Positions 9,816 to 17,685 of a stretch of DNA of 58,827 bases are shown in pieces. The position numbers and the translations under genes were made by a program. The notes under the pieces were generated by a model. That model worked only from the letters and a program-made list of their open reading frames with translations, had not been told where the DNA came from and made no database searches. Position 1 is the stretch's first letter, and every line of letters begins with the position of its first letter. The stretch is from the IMG/VR virus record IMGVR_UViG_3300021500_000001, positions 1 through 58,827 of that record; one strand, written 5' to 3'. Origin of the DNA: a virus. Its lineage: Duplodnaviria > Caudoviricetes.

Positions 9816-10178
9816 TTGAAAGTGGGGCGCAAAAAGAGTGATAAAAAATTAGAGTGTTTGGAATGCTTACATTGCAAGACCAGGGTTTTCAAAGAAAAAA
9901 AGGATCTATTGTCCTGGTGTGGCAGGAAATCTATCAAGCCAAACGCCACATGGATCAAAGAAATAGCTGATTTTGGCTGGCTTCGCCTCATCTGGTGTGA
10001 GAAGCAAACAGATCAATACAATCTGCACGGCTTTTCTCCCAGGAATGGGAGTCCTCGCTATGCTACAGATATTAAGGAAAGACTAAAGCAAGAAAAAAAG
10101 TCAGTGTTTATTTCAAACCGTAACAAAAAACCTTTTATTCTTAATGCAGAAGGCGTATGCCCCTTTAAATCGATATGA
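9816..10178 (+). CDS. Hypothetical protein (CxxCxHC)
   Basis: AAGGAGG RBS; operonic. Confidence 0.6.
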   Translation: MKVGRKKSDKKLECLECLHCKTRVFKEKKDLLSWCGRKSIKPNATWIKEIADFGWLRLIWCEKQTDQYNLHGFSPRNGSPRYATDIKERLKQEKKSVFISNRNKKPFILNAEGVCPFKSI

Positions 10179-10423
10179 GTTGCCAAACTTTAGCCCTTGC
10201 TCTATTACTTGATGCTGTTGACGATGCGATTGGGAAAGATCGCACTGCCTACAATGAAGTAGTTTATAGAGATACATCAAAAGGGGAGGGAAAAAGGTTA
10301 AAAGATAATGCTCTTGATTTTTTCTTTTCAAAAGAATCTGAGCCATATTGCCAATTCTGGTGCGATATGGCCGGTGAATCCTTATCCAGTTTTAGAGAAA
10401 AACTCCGTCATTTAAGGGAATAA
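10175..10423 (+). CDS. Hypothetical protein, possible transcriptional regulator
   Basis: LA.ALL.DAV.D..AL.FF..FWCD.AG pattern seen in small phage proteins. Confidence 0.6.
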   Translation: MSCQTLALALLLDAVDDAIGKDRTAYNEVVYRDTSKGEGKRLKDNALDFFFSKESEPYCQFWCDMAGESLSSFREKLRHLRE

Positions 10424-10555
10424 GATATTTTTTCTCCTTTAACTCCCTGAATTTTTTACACTAAAAAATAATTTATATTTTTTCAAAAAAAGTTGCTTTT
10501 AGGGGTTGACTTTTTGGACCAGGAGTGTATCCTTAAAATCAAAGGAGGAAGAAAA

Positions 10556-10819
10556 ATGGCAAAGACAACAGAAATGTCTATAAGCGCACCTTGCGATGAC
10601 AGTGGGTGCAGTACCAACCTGCACGGCCCCTGCTCAGGGGTGCCCACTCTACGGCAAAAGGTTCGTAACAGAAAGGGCAATCCCTTTTCTGCCATTTTTC
10701 TGTGTCCGGGGCATAAAAAGCCCCGGAATGTTGGTCATAATGATCTTGATCTATCGCCTCTTCTTCACCGGGGTCGAAGATATCGGCGAAGTCAATTTCG
10801 TCGTCGGTGTTTGGTATAA
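10556..10819 (+). CDS. Small Cys/His-rich hypothetical protein
   Basis: Strong RBS AAAGGAGG and upstream TTGACT; overlapped by a plausible antisense ORF. Confidence 0.5.
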   Translation: MAKTTEMSISAPCDDSGCSTNLHGPCSGVPTLRQKVRNRKGNPFSAIFLCPGHKKPRNVGHNDLDLSPLLHRGRRYRRSQFRRRCLV

Positions 10820-10846
10820 TACCCATCATGTAAAACACAATACACT

Positions 10847-11068
10847 ATGTTGAAGGAGGATGCAATGAATAAACTTAGAAAAAAGAAAATTACGAAACAG
10901 GCTGATAAGTTGGTTAAAGGTTTTGTTAAAGAAAATCAAGAATTAATCAAAGAAGTTTTCCAAGGCAATGATAAAGCTTGGGGCGCATTATACAACGGCG
11001 TTCCTTTTTCAATGGCTTGGGGTGCATTATACGACGACATTCCTTCTAAAATCAGCAAAAGGAAGTAA
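10847..11068 (+). CDS. Hypothetical protein with a duplicated AWGALY motif
   Basis: AAGGAGG RBS precedes an internal ATG (about 10865); 39-bp-period repeat. Confidence 0.6.
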   Translation: MLKEDAMNKLRKKKITKQADKLVKGFVKENQELIKEVFQGNDKAWGALYNGVPFSMAWGALYDDIPSKISKRK

Positions 11069-11070
11069 CA

Positions 11071-11268
11071 ATGATTGGACTCGGGAAGAAGATATATTAT
11101 TGTCGGGACGGTTCGCTGGACTGGCTAAGGACCATTGTCAGGACAGTCTACTACTTTAGCAAAAATGATGCCATTTTGGTCGTCTCCATAGCAGCAAAGA
11201 GAGCCCAGAAGCTCTATTATAAGAAGACAGATATACGGTCGCTATTAAAGGAGGAATACCATGGATAA
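11071..11268 (+). CDS. Hypothetical protein
   Basis: Operonic ORF. Confidence 0.5.
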   Translation: MIGLGKKIYYCRDGSLDWLRTIVRTVYYFSKNDAILVVSIAAKRAQKLYYKKTDIRSLLKEEYHG

Positions 11269-11644
11269 GCTTTTTAAAAATGACAAAACAATCACCTTCA
11301 CTACATGTAGTGGTGGAATGGAAATTAAGATGGCCAAAGGTGGCAAGATACTTTCATCTGGCAATACAACAATATGTGGCGGTGGAATGGAAATTAAGAT
11401 GGCCGACGATAAAATAATATGCGATAAAGGGATAAAAATTAAGATGCCCACTGATAAAGATTGGCAAAATCAACAAATAGATGATAAAGAAATGGCCATG
11501 ATAAAAGACCGTGGAAAATTAGAGGAGTTGAAGAGAGAAAAGGATGACTATTGGGATATAGTTAATTTCTTGGATACAGAAGAACTCCTCCGCTTATTAA
11601 AAACGGAGATACTTATATACAACATGGAGAATACAGATGGATAA
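11261..11644 (+). CDS. Hypothetical protein with GGMEIKMA repeats
   Basis: Identical 24-bp repeat at 11312-11335 and 11381-11404; AAGGAGG RBS. Confidence 0.65.
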   Translation: MDKLFKNDKTITFTTCSGGMEIKMAKGGKILSSGNTTICGGGMEIKMADDKIICDKGIKIKMPTDKDWQNQQIDDKEMAMIKDRGKLEELKREKDDYWDIVNFLDTEELLRLLKTEILIYNMENTDG

Positions 11645-11819
11645 TAAAAGACTCGAAGATATCAAGAAAAAGCTCCGTATGACAAATAAAGAGTTGGCCG
11701 ACATGTTAGGCGTTGAGATGAGGAGACTGTTAAAATGGACCAAAGGGGAACAAGAAATACCTCTTTGGGCTGAGAAATTTTTACACATATTACTTGGTAT
11801 GAGAAGGGGGAGGGAATAA
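11637..11819 (+). CDS. XRE-family HTH protein
   Basis: LRMTNKELADMLGV..LLKW.KG..EIP. Confidence 0.8.
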   Translation: MDNKRLEDIKKKLRMTNKELADMLGVEMRRLLKWTKGEQEIPLWAEKFLHILLGMRRGRE

Positions 11820-11820
11820 T

Positions 11821-12102
11821 ATGGAAGGGCATAGCACAAACTGGCAAGACCGACAAGTGGAAGATGAGGACTATGAAGATGCCTTTGAAGATGAAGAAGA
11901 AGAAAAACTCTTCCGCTTATTTAAATCTGAGGTTCTTAAAGGGATTAGAGGAAAGCTCCGGTTGACAAACAAGGAGCTAGCCGAGGTATTGGGTGTTGGG
12001 ATGGGGAGATTGAAAAAATGGACTGAAGGGGAAGAAGAAATACCCTTTTGGGCTGAGAAAATTCTCTATATTTTACTCGATATGAGAAGAAGGGGGAAAT
12101 AA
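11821..12102 (+). CDS. XRE-family HTH protein (paralog with acidic N-terminus)
   Basis: LRLTNKELAEVLGV..LKKW.EG..EIP. Confidence 0.8.
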   Translation: MEGHSTNWQDRQVEDEDYEDAFEDEEEEKLFRLFKSEVLKGIRGKLRLTNKELAEVLGVGMGRLKKWTEGEEEIPFWAEKILYILLDMRRRGK

Positions 12103-12103
12103 T

Positions 12104-12286
12104 ATGGGTCGAATGCCTAAGAAAGTGGAAAATCTAAGGAGGTTCATTGAACAGTGGGTAGAGTTTACCAATACCGATACCTTTACAGATGATGACGATG
12201 CAGAATACATTGCAGAAGTTTTAAATATGGAAGGCCCGGGCCTTAGCAAATACTATGCAATGGCTGATGATGATATGGAGATATGA
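12104..12286 (+). CDS. Small acidic hypothetical protein
   Basis: Operonic ORF. Confidence 0.6.
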   Translation: MGRMPKKVENLRRFIEQWVEFTNTDTFTDDDDAEYIAEVLNMEGPGLSKYYAMADDDMEI

Positions 12287-12287
12287 G

Positions 12288-12479
12288 ATGACTACAGAAA
12301 AGGATTTAGCTGACAGGAGATATCTGGCTACATATATTATAGAGTCCGCCATTATAGATGCCATCAGCAGGGCGCACCCCTCCTTGACACTCCACTCGGC
12401 AAGAGACATTTACAAAGAGTGGAAGGACGAAGAGGATGGTATGATCGCCGTAGATAGGTTGGTGACATTAGTTCTCTAA
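12288..12479 (+). CDS. Hypothetical protein
   Basis: Operonic ORF (MTTEKDL...). Confidence 0.55.
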   Translation: MTTEKDLADRRYLATYIIESAIIDAISRAHPSLTLHSARDIYKEWKDEEDGMIAVDRLVTLVL

Positions 12480-12480
12480 T

Positions 12481-12954
12481 ATGTGGCGTCTTTTTATAAT
12501 ATATAGTATATTGTTTGTTGTGCCTTATGCTAATGCCGGGGATGTGTTGACGGAGATAGAGCAACAGATAATCAGGCACGAAGATTTCCGGTCTAAAGTT
12601 TTTGTAGGCCCGGAAGGTGCCACTCTCATTGGTTATGGCCGGAACATAAAAGATAAGGGCATCACGAAGGTTGAAGCCTTGATGTTGTTGAGAAGCGATA
12701 TCAAGGAATGCGAAGCTGACCTGTACAGAATATTCGGCAAGCTCTTCCTTGAAATGGATAGTAGCAGACGTAGAGCCTTGATCGATATACGGTACACCCT
12801 GGGGCCTAGTGGTTTCAGGGAGTTTAAACAGATGATAAAGGCGATAAAAGTAGGGGACTATGCCCTTGCTGCTGAAGAGATGAAAGATAGCCTGTGGTAT
12901 AAACAGGTTGGCGTCAGGGGTAAAGAATTATATGATATGATGCGAGATAATTAA
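12481..12954 (+). CDS. GH24 / T4-lysozyme-like endolysin with N-terminal signal peptide
   Basis: RHE.FR..IGYGRN, AA.EMKDSLWYKQVG.R; hydrophobic N-terminus ending YANA. Confidence 0.85.
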   Translation: MWRLFIIYSILFVVPYANAGDVLTEIEQQIIRHEDFRSKVFVGPEGATLIGYGRNIKDKGITKVEALMLLRSDIKECEADLYRIFGKLFLEMDSSRRRALIDIRYTLGPSGFREFKQMIKAIKVGDYALAAEEMKDSLWYKQVGVRGKELYDMMRDN

Positions 12955-12961
12955 TTAAACA

Positions 12962-12974
12962 TATCAATAACTTA
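12962..12974 (+). promoter_or_regulatory. IHF-like site upstream of the TerS candidate
   Basis: TATCAATAACTTA matches WATCAANNNNTTR. Confidence 0.4.
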
Positions 12975-13035
12975 AATCCTTTTTTTAGGATAATGGCTTA
13001 AACTAAAATAATCATTTAAAAACAAAGAGAATATT

Positions 13036-13497
13036 ATGAGAGAAAAAAAGCGATCTGATAAATGTAAAGAACGGCATAAAGCGGTATTGCTGGAATATCT
13101 AAGCAATCCAGACAATAAGCCGGTTAATCGAAAGGGTATGTCTATTGATGTCCTTGGCTTTGCTGACGGCACAGTACTATATCAAGTTTTTTCTCCCGAG
13201 GAAATCCGGGATATTGAACAGGAAGCCCTGGAACTTAGACGTAAGTGTTATGCGACCAAACTTGCAAAAGTCGATGACGGTCTGTTAGAGCGAGCCATGA
13301 CAGGTGATCCTGCAGCCGCTAAACTTGCATTTCAGAGATATGAGCAGTGGTCCGAAAAACAAAAGCAAGAGATCACTTTTGATGGGCCCATGCTACAACA
13401 AATCTTCGCTATCTTCCCACCCGAGATTGCGACAAAGATCAAGCTTGCCCTGATTGCTAAGCATAAGGAGCTTGCCAAACCTAAGGAGTTAACATGA
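13036..13497 (+). CDS. terS: Putative terminase small subunit (HTH)
   Basis: HTH-like N-terminus plus L.ERA..GDPAAAKL motif; lies upstream of TerL. Confidence 0.55.
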   Translation: MREKKRSDKCKERHKAVLLEYLSNPDNKPVNRKGMSIDVLGFADGTVLYQVFSPEEIRDIEQEALELRRKCYATKLAKVDDGLLERAMTGDPAAAKLAFQRYEQWSEKQKQEITFDGPMLQQIFAIFPPEIATKIKLALIAKHKELAKPKELT

Positions 13498-13709
13498 TTA
13501 GTAGCTGCCCCTATTGCAATGCGAAGATAGAGGAGTCCTTGCAGGAGTATTGGCACGGCAATAAAGGACCTTCTCTTTTCAAAATTCGATGTCCTGTGTG
13601 TGGGGAAATAATGGATGTGGTTGCGGAGGGGCAACCTTCGTTCTTGACCTTGAGGGAATTAAAACAGGGTGGGAAGGGGCACAAAAAAAGCAAGCAACAG
13701 GGCAGATGA
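13494..13709 (+). CDS. Small zinc-ribbon protein
   Basis: CPYC..CPVCG. Confidence 0.65.
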   Translation: MISSCPYCNAKIEESLQEYWHGNKGPSLFKIRCPVCGEIMDVVAEGQPSFLTLRELKQGGKGHKKSKQQGR

Positions 13710-13727
13710 TACCCTATTACTTGCTTT
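13687..13727. terminator. Putative bidirectional terminator between convergent genes
   Basis: AAAGCAAG..AGGG..CCCT..CTTGCTTT hairpin. Confidence 0.5.
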
Positions 13728-13747
13728 AACTGTAGCCTGTAATTAGG

Positions 13748-14311
13748 CTACAAAAGGTTAAATTCTACCGCCAGGCGGTAGATATCCTTCCTGGGAGCTT
13801 CAGAAAGAATGATGTCCGCAATCCTTTTCCGAAGCTCCTTATAATCAACTTCAACGGGGATTTTAACCCCATCGAAGTCGATTGTTCTGCCGTCCTCAGA
13901 GAGGACAGCCTCTCTGAGATTAAATAACAAGTCCTCTGCCATTACCTCCCAGCAAAGGCTACTGTAATCATCACCGTACCAATAGGAGTAGCCAGCGTCA
14001 CTCCCGTCTTGGTTTGTGTGACTAATACGAAAATCTCCTTGCTCAGCCTTTGTATTAAGATACTCCTGTAATGCCTTGATTGGATCACTCATAGTTTTTT
14101 CTTCCTCCTTTAAAAGGTTAAATTCTACCGCTAAGCGGTAAATATCCTTCCTGGGAACTTCAGAGAGATAGTCTACAATCCTTTTCCGAAGCTCCTTATA
14201 ATCAACTTCAACGGGGATATTAACCCCATCGAAGTCAATTGTTTTGCCATCCTCAGAGAGGACAGCTTCCTTGATAAGATATTCCTTTAACATTTCGATC
14301 GGGTCTTTCAT
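13748..14311 (-). CDS. Hypothetical protein built from two tandem paralogous units
   Basis: EAVLSEDG.TIDFDGV.IPVEVDYKELRKRI..PRKDIYRLAVEFNLL occurs twice; DNA repeat 13752-13912 vs 14112-14269. Confidence 0.75.
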   Translation of the reverse strand: MKDPIEMLKEYLIKEAVLSEDGKTIDFDGVNIPVEVDYKELRKRIVDYLSEVPRKDIYRLAVEFNLLKEEEKTMSDPIKALQEYLNTKAEQGDFRISHTNQDGSDAGYSYWYGDDYSSLCWEVMAEDLLFNLREAVLSEDGRTIDFDGVKIPVEVDYKELRKRIADIILSEAPRKDIYRLAVEFNLL

Positions 14312-14395
14312 ATTTCTTCCACCTTTTTGTTTTATAATCATATATACCATGGCATAATATTATTTGTCAATAGGTAATAAGTCTTTTTTAAAAAA

Positions 14396-14905
14396 AAAGG
14401 TCCGGCCCACCATAAATCCCCTTTTTATTGGCCTGTATCCTTAGTGCCACTAGGGTGGCCGGACCTTTTGGAGCAGTGGCCCACTACTTTCTTCTATTAT
14501 ATTAGTAACTTATAGCTTTTTGGGACACTACTCAAAAAGGTGTGGCCCACTTTTTTCTTTAATAATATCAAATAGTTAAACCCTAAAATGGCTCTTTTGA
14601 CCCAGGGCCACTGCTTTTTTTATAAAAAATTTTTTAGAGCAGTGGCCCTGGGTCAAAATCTTCAAACTCCTTATATATAGGGGATTTCAGACGGGCCACT
14701 GCTATTCGAGTAGTGTCCCAGCAAAAAAAACTACATAACGCACGGGATTAAAAAAAGCAATAAAATTCCCTATATATAAAGAGATTTTTTTAACGTTTGG
14801 ATATTTTTTTTGGGCCACTACTCGAAGAGCAGTGGCCCATTTTGACGTTTTTCTTTAATTTTAGGTAGGCAATATCAGCCCATTGCTTTATCAATATGGG
14901 CCAAA
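14396..14905. repeat. Iteron/palindrome array B
   Basis: Same GGGCCACT(G/A)CT..AG(C/T)AGTG(G/T)CCC inverted units at about 14522, 14605, 14693 and 14812; CTACATAACGCACGGGA shared with array A. Confidence 0.75.
14472..14659 (+). repeat. 188-bp direct repeat identical to 58701-58827 plus 51-111
   Basis: Base-by-base comparison across the circular junction. Confidence 0.9.
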
Positions 14906-15095
14906 TTTTTAGCTTTTATGGAAAAATCAGTTCAAGGCAGGCGTCTTTGTCATCAATGTGTTATAATATCTATTATCAAGAAAGCGGATATAATGCTTTC
15001 TAAGCAGTCTATAATCCAAAAGGGTATCAATGTACCTTTATTACTGTTTAAACTCAGTGGTGGGCTAGTGGGGCGGGTAAAATGGAGTTAAAACA

Positions 15096-15245
15096 ATGCC
15101 ATTGAAATCAGGTAAGAGCAAGAAAATCATAAGCCGGAATATCTCGGAGATGATAAGGGCTGGTCATCCTAAGGAACAAGCCATAGCTGCTGCTTTAAAT
15201 AAAGCTCGGAAGAAGAGAAAAAGTAAGGCTCGGCGCACCCTATAA
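15096..15245 (+). CDS. Small basic phage protein (49 aa, [34 protein letters not shown]...)
   Basis: Translated by hand; GGAG RBS; stop overlaps the TerL start; pattern familiar from phage packaging regions. Confidence 0.75.
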   Translation: MPLKSGKSKKIISRNISEMIRAGHPKEQAIAAALNKARKKRKSKARRTL

Positions 15246-16888
15246 TGTCCGAACTGAATTTTACTATGACAGATGAGGATATTGATCGTTTCGCATCCCT
15301 CATTCTTCAGCAATCCAAGCCCGAGTATATTGATTCCTTTCTCGCTGGTTCGCAGTACCTAGAATACAAGGATGATCCTGTTGGGTTTTGCGAGCAGGTA
15401 CTTAGAGAGACGCTGACGGATGATGTCAAAGCAATGATGGAGTCTGTCAGGGATCATCAAGTCACCGTTGCCGTGTCCGGTAATGCTACAGGCAAATCTC
15501 ATGGAGCGGCGAGAGTAGCCGTTTGGTTTTATCTTTGTCATAAAGACACTAAAGTTTTTACGGCTGCGGCTCCTCCTTATGATAACCTTAAAAATATTCT
15601 TTGGGGGGAAATAGGGAGTATAGTCCGTGATCACCCTGAACTTTTTGGGGGTCATATTATTACCTCGATGGAAATCAGGAGAGGACCTGAAGATTATTTG
15701 ATCGGTGTGACTATCCCAAGTGCGGGGACGGAGCAGGAAAAGGAAGCCAAGTTCTCGGGAAAGCATCAAAAGCACATGCTTTTTTGTTTTGATGAGGGAG
15801 ATGCGATCCCTTCGCCTGTTTATAAAGGTACTGAATCGTGCATGTCCGGTGGCTTTATTAGGCTTCTCATTATGTTCAACCCACGTCATGCTGCCGGTCC
15901 TGTTTACAGGATGATCCGTGATAAGACAGCAAATGTCGTACATCTTTCAGCTTTTCGCCACCCAAACGTTATTACGGGTAAAGACATTATACCAGGGGCA
16001 GTAAGCAGGGATGTTACTGTGCGGCGGATAAACGAGTGGACCAGACCACTCAGGGTAAACGATAAAGTCAGTAAGAGAAGTGTTTATACACTTCCCGATT
16101 ACCTGGTGGGAGCGACCGGAAAATCTCACGCTGGAAAAGCTTACTCTCCCTTAGTGGGAGGGGAATACAAAATAAAAAATCCTGCTTTCAGTTATATGGT
16201 TTTAGGGCAATATCCTGCCCAAGGTTCCAACCAACTCATATCTGAGGAATGGATATCAGCGGCCAGAACCAGATATGACCTGTACGTTTCTAAGTATGGT
16301 GAGGGGCCTCCAGCCGGGACTACAGGGGTTATGGGCCTCGATGTTGCAGAACTGGGAGATGACAGAAATGTTGCTGTAGGTAGGTATGGTGGCTATCTCA
16401 CTCCTTTTGATTCTTGGGGCGGTGTCGATACCGTTGAAACGGGTGATATTGCGATCAAATGGTACAAAAATCACCCTGGTATTAGCCGAGCGTATGTAGA
16501 TGCTAATGGGTATGGGGCCGGTGTAGCCCCATACATGCAAAAGTTTGGGAAAGGGGTAGTTGCGACAGGGATTAAAGTAACCTGGAATCCTACTATAAAA
16601 ACAGAGCTTGGCGACTTCAGAATATTAAGGGATGAGCTTTTATGGAGGGTGCGGGAGTGGCTGAGGACTGATCCTGGTGCGATGTTACCGCCGAACGAAG
16701 ATTTACTTGAAGAATTGCTCGTGCCTACATACGACACTGACACTGGTTATGTTGATGTTATGCCTACAAGAGAGATGAAGGAATTGCTTGCGAGGAGCCC
16801 TGATCATTTAATGGCTTTAGCTATGACCTTCGCTGGCGCAGGTGGCTTCTTCGATGGTTGTGATTTTCAGGCTTTCCCCGAAGAATAA
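15245..16888 (+). CDS. terL: Terminase large subunit
   Basis: Walker A SGNATGKS, Walker B CFDEG, MFNP coupling motif, nuclease motifs GLDVAELGDD and RSPD. Confidence 0.92.
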   Translation: MSELNFTMTDEDIDRFASLILQQSKPEYIDSFLAGSQYLEYKDDPVGFCEQVLRETLTDDVKAMMESVRDHQVTVAVSGNATGKSHGAARVAVWFYLCHKDTKVFTAAAPPYDNLKNILWGEIGSIVRDHPELFGGHIITSMEIRRGPEDYLIGVTIPSAGTEQEKEAKFSGKHQKHMLFCFDEGDAIPSPVYKGTESCMSGGFIRLLIMFNPRHAAGPVYRMIRDKTANVVHLSAFRHPNVITGKDIIPGAVSRDVTVRRINEWTRPLRVNDKVSKRSVYTLPDYLVGATGKSHAGKAYSPLVGGEYKIKNPAFSYMVLGQYPAQGSNQLISEEWISAARTRYDLYVSKYGEGPPAGTTGVMGLDVAELGDDRNVAVGRYGGYLTPFDSWGGVDTVETGDIAIKWYKNHPGISRAYVDANGYGAGVAPYMQKFGKGVVATGIKVTWNPTIKTELGDFRILRDELLWRVREWLRTDPGAMLPPNEDLLEELLVPTYDTDTGYVDVMPTREMKELLARSPDHLMALAMTFAGAGGFFDGCDFQAFPEE

Positions 16889-16964
16889 AAAGTCCATTAG
16901 TTGCGCAATTCTCTATTGTTATTGTATTATATAACATATAAAATAACCAATAGGAGAAAAACTT

Positions 16965-17378
16965 ATGAAAAAAATGTGGCCCGTTTTTGTCGTTTTCTGT
17001 ATTACCCTTGTCTTGCTATGGGCGGTTAGCACGGCTGCCGTCGCCGTTGCCATGGACCAGTGCGAAGTAATAGGGAACTCATACACAATTACTATAGACG
17101 GGAATGATATAGTTTTGTCGGACTTTGTTGAATCGTCCCCTATGTTTTCTCCGGCCCCCAAGTGTGCCGGTACTGTGACTCTTTTAGGCCCAGCGGGGCA
17201 ATATTCTACTCTTGATTGGTGTGTTGGACATGATGGGCTCAGGATATCCGGGCTCCACGCCTTTCTTTCCGAGGATGGTTTGATGGTCTATCTTTTGCCA
17301 TCAGGTCTGCATACTTTATGTATCGGCGACACAGTTTATATGACGGAGCAAAAGATTTCACAGTTTCTTTTTAAGTGA
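16965..17378 (+). CDS. Exported or membrane-anchored hypothetical protein (moron-like)
   Basis: Signal-peptide-like N-terminus; followed by its own terminator. Confidence 0.7.
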   Translation: MKKMWPVFVVFCITLVLLWAVSTAAVAVAMDQCEVIGNSYTITIDGNDIVLSDFVESSPMFSPAPKCAGTVTLLGPAGQYSTLDWCVGHDGLRISGLHAFLSEDGLMVYLLPSGLHTLCIGDTVYMTEQKISQFLFK

Positions 17379-17403
17379 TTTACACATCCTTCCTCCTTCC
17401 AAC

Positions 17404-17438
17404 AAGGCCGCTTGGTATTTTCGGGCGGCCTTTTATTT
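17404..17438 (+). terminator. Intrinsic terminator
   Basis: AAGGCCGC..GCGGCCTT followed by TTATTT. Confidence 0.7.
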
Positions 17439-17446
17439 AGGTAATA

Positions 17447-17674
17447 ATGGGGAAAAATATATCAGCACAAGAACTTAAAGCTCACCCTGCCCCCGGCTAT
17501 TACAGGTGGAAATCCGGGGATGGTGTCACTTATCATAGCGGCCTTGCAAAGGTATTTTGTAAACGAGGCACCTGGTTCTGTGATACTCTTTGACATATTT
17601 CAGAGTTAGACAGGGTGTCTAACGATTTGTCTTTCTTTGGTCCTATTTCTATGGCAAGAGATGTATTTAAGTAA
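17447..17674 (+). pseudogene. Small ORF interrupted by an in-frame TGA at 17591
   Basis: Frame stays open after the TGA until TAA at the MTase RBS. Confidence 0.35.
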
Positions 17675-17685
17675 AAGGAAAAAAA

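Noticed and set aside
13752-14269. Repeat pair of about 160 bp as a DGR template/variable repeat
   Set aside because: Differences are mostly synonymous and not adenine-specific; both copies are in one ORF; no reverse transcriptase in the window
14396-14905. Palindromic array as a CRISPR or mini-CRISPR
   Set aside because: Units are degenerate inverted half-sites with variable loops; spacers are low-complexity AT tracts of uneven length; no cas genes are present
17591-17593. In-frame TGA as evidence of genome-wide stop-codon recoding
   Set aside because: Many genes end in TGA or TAG with tight overlaps, and long genes are intact under code 11
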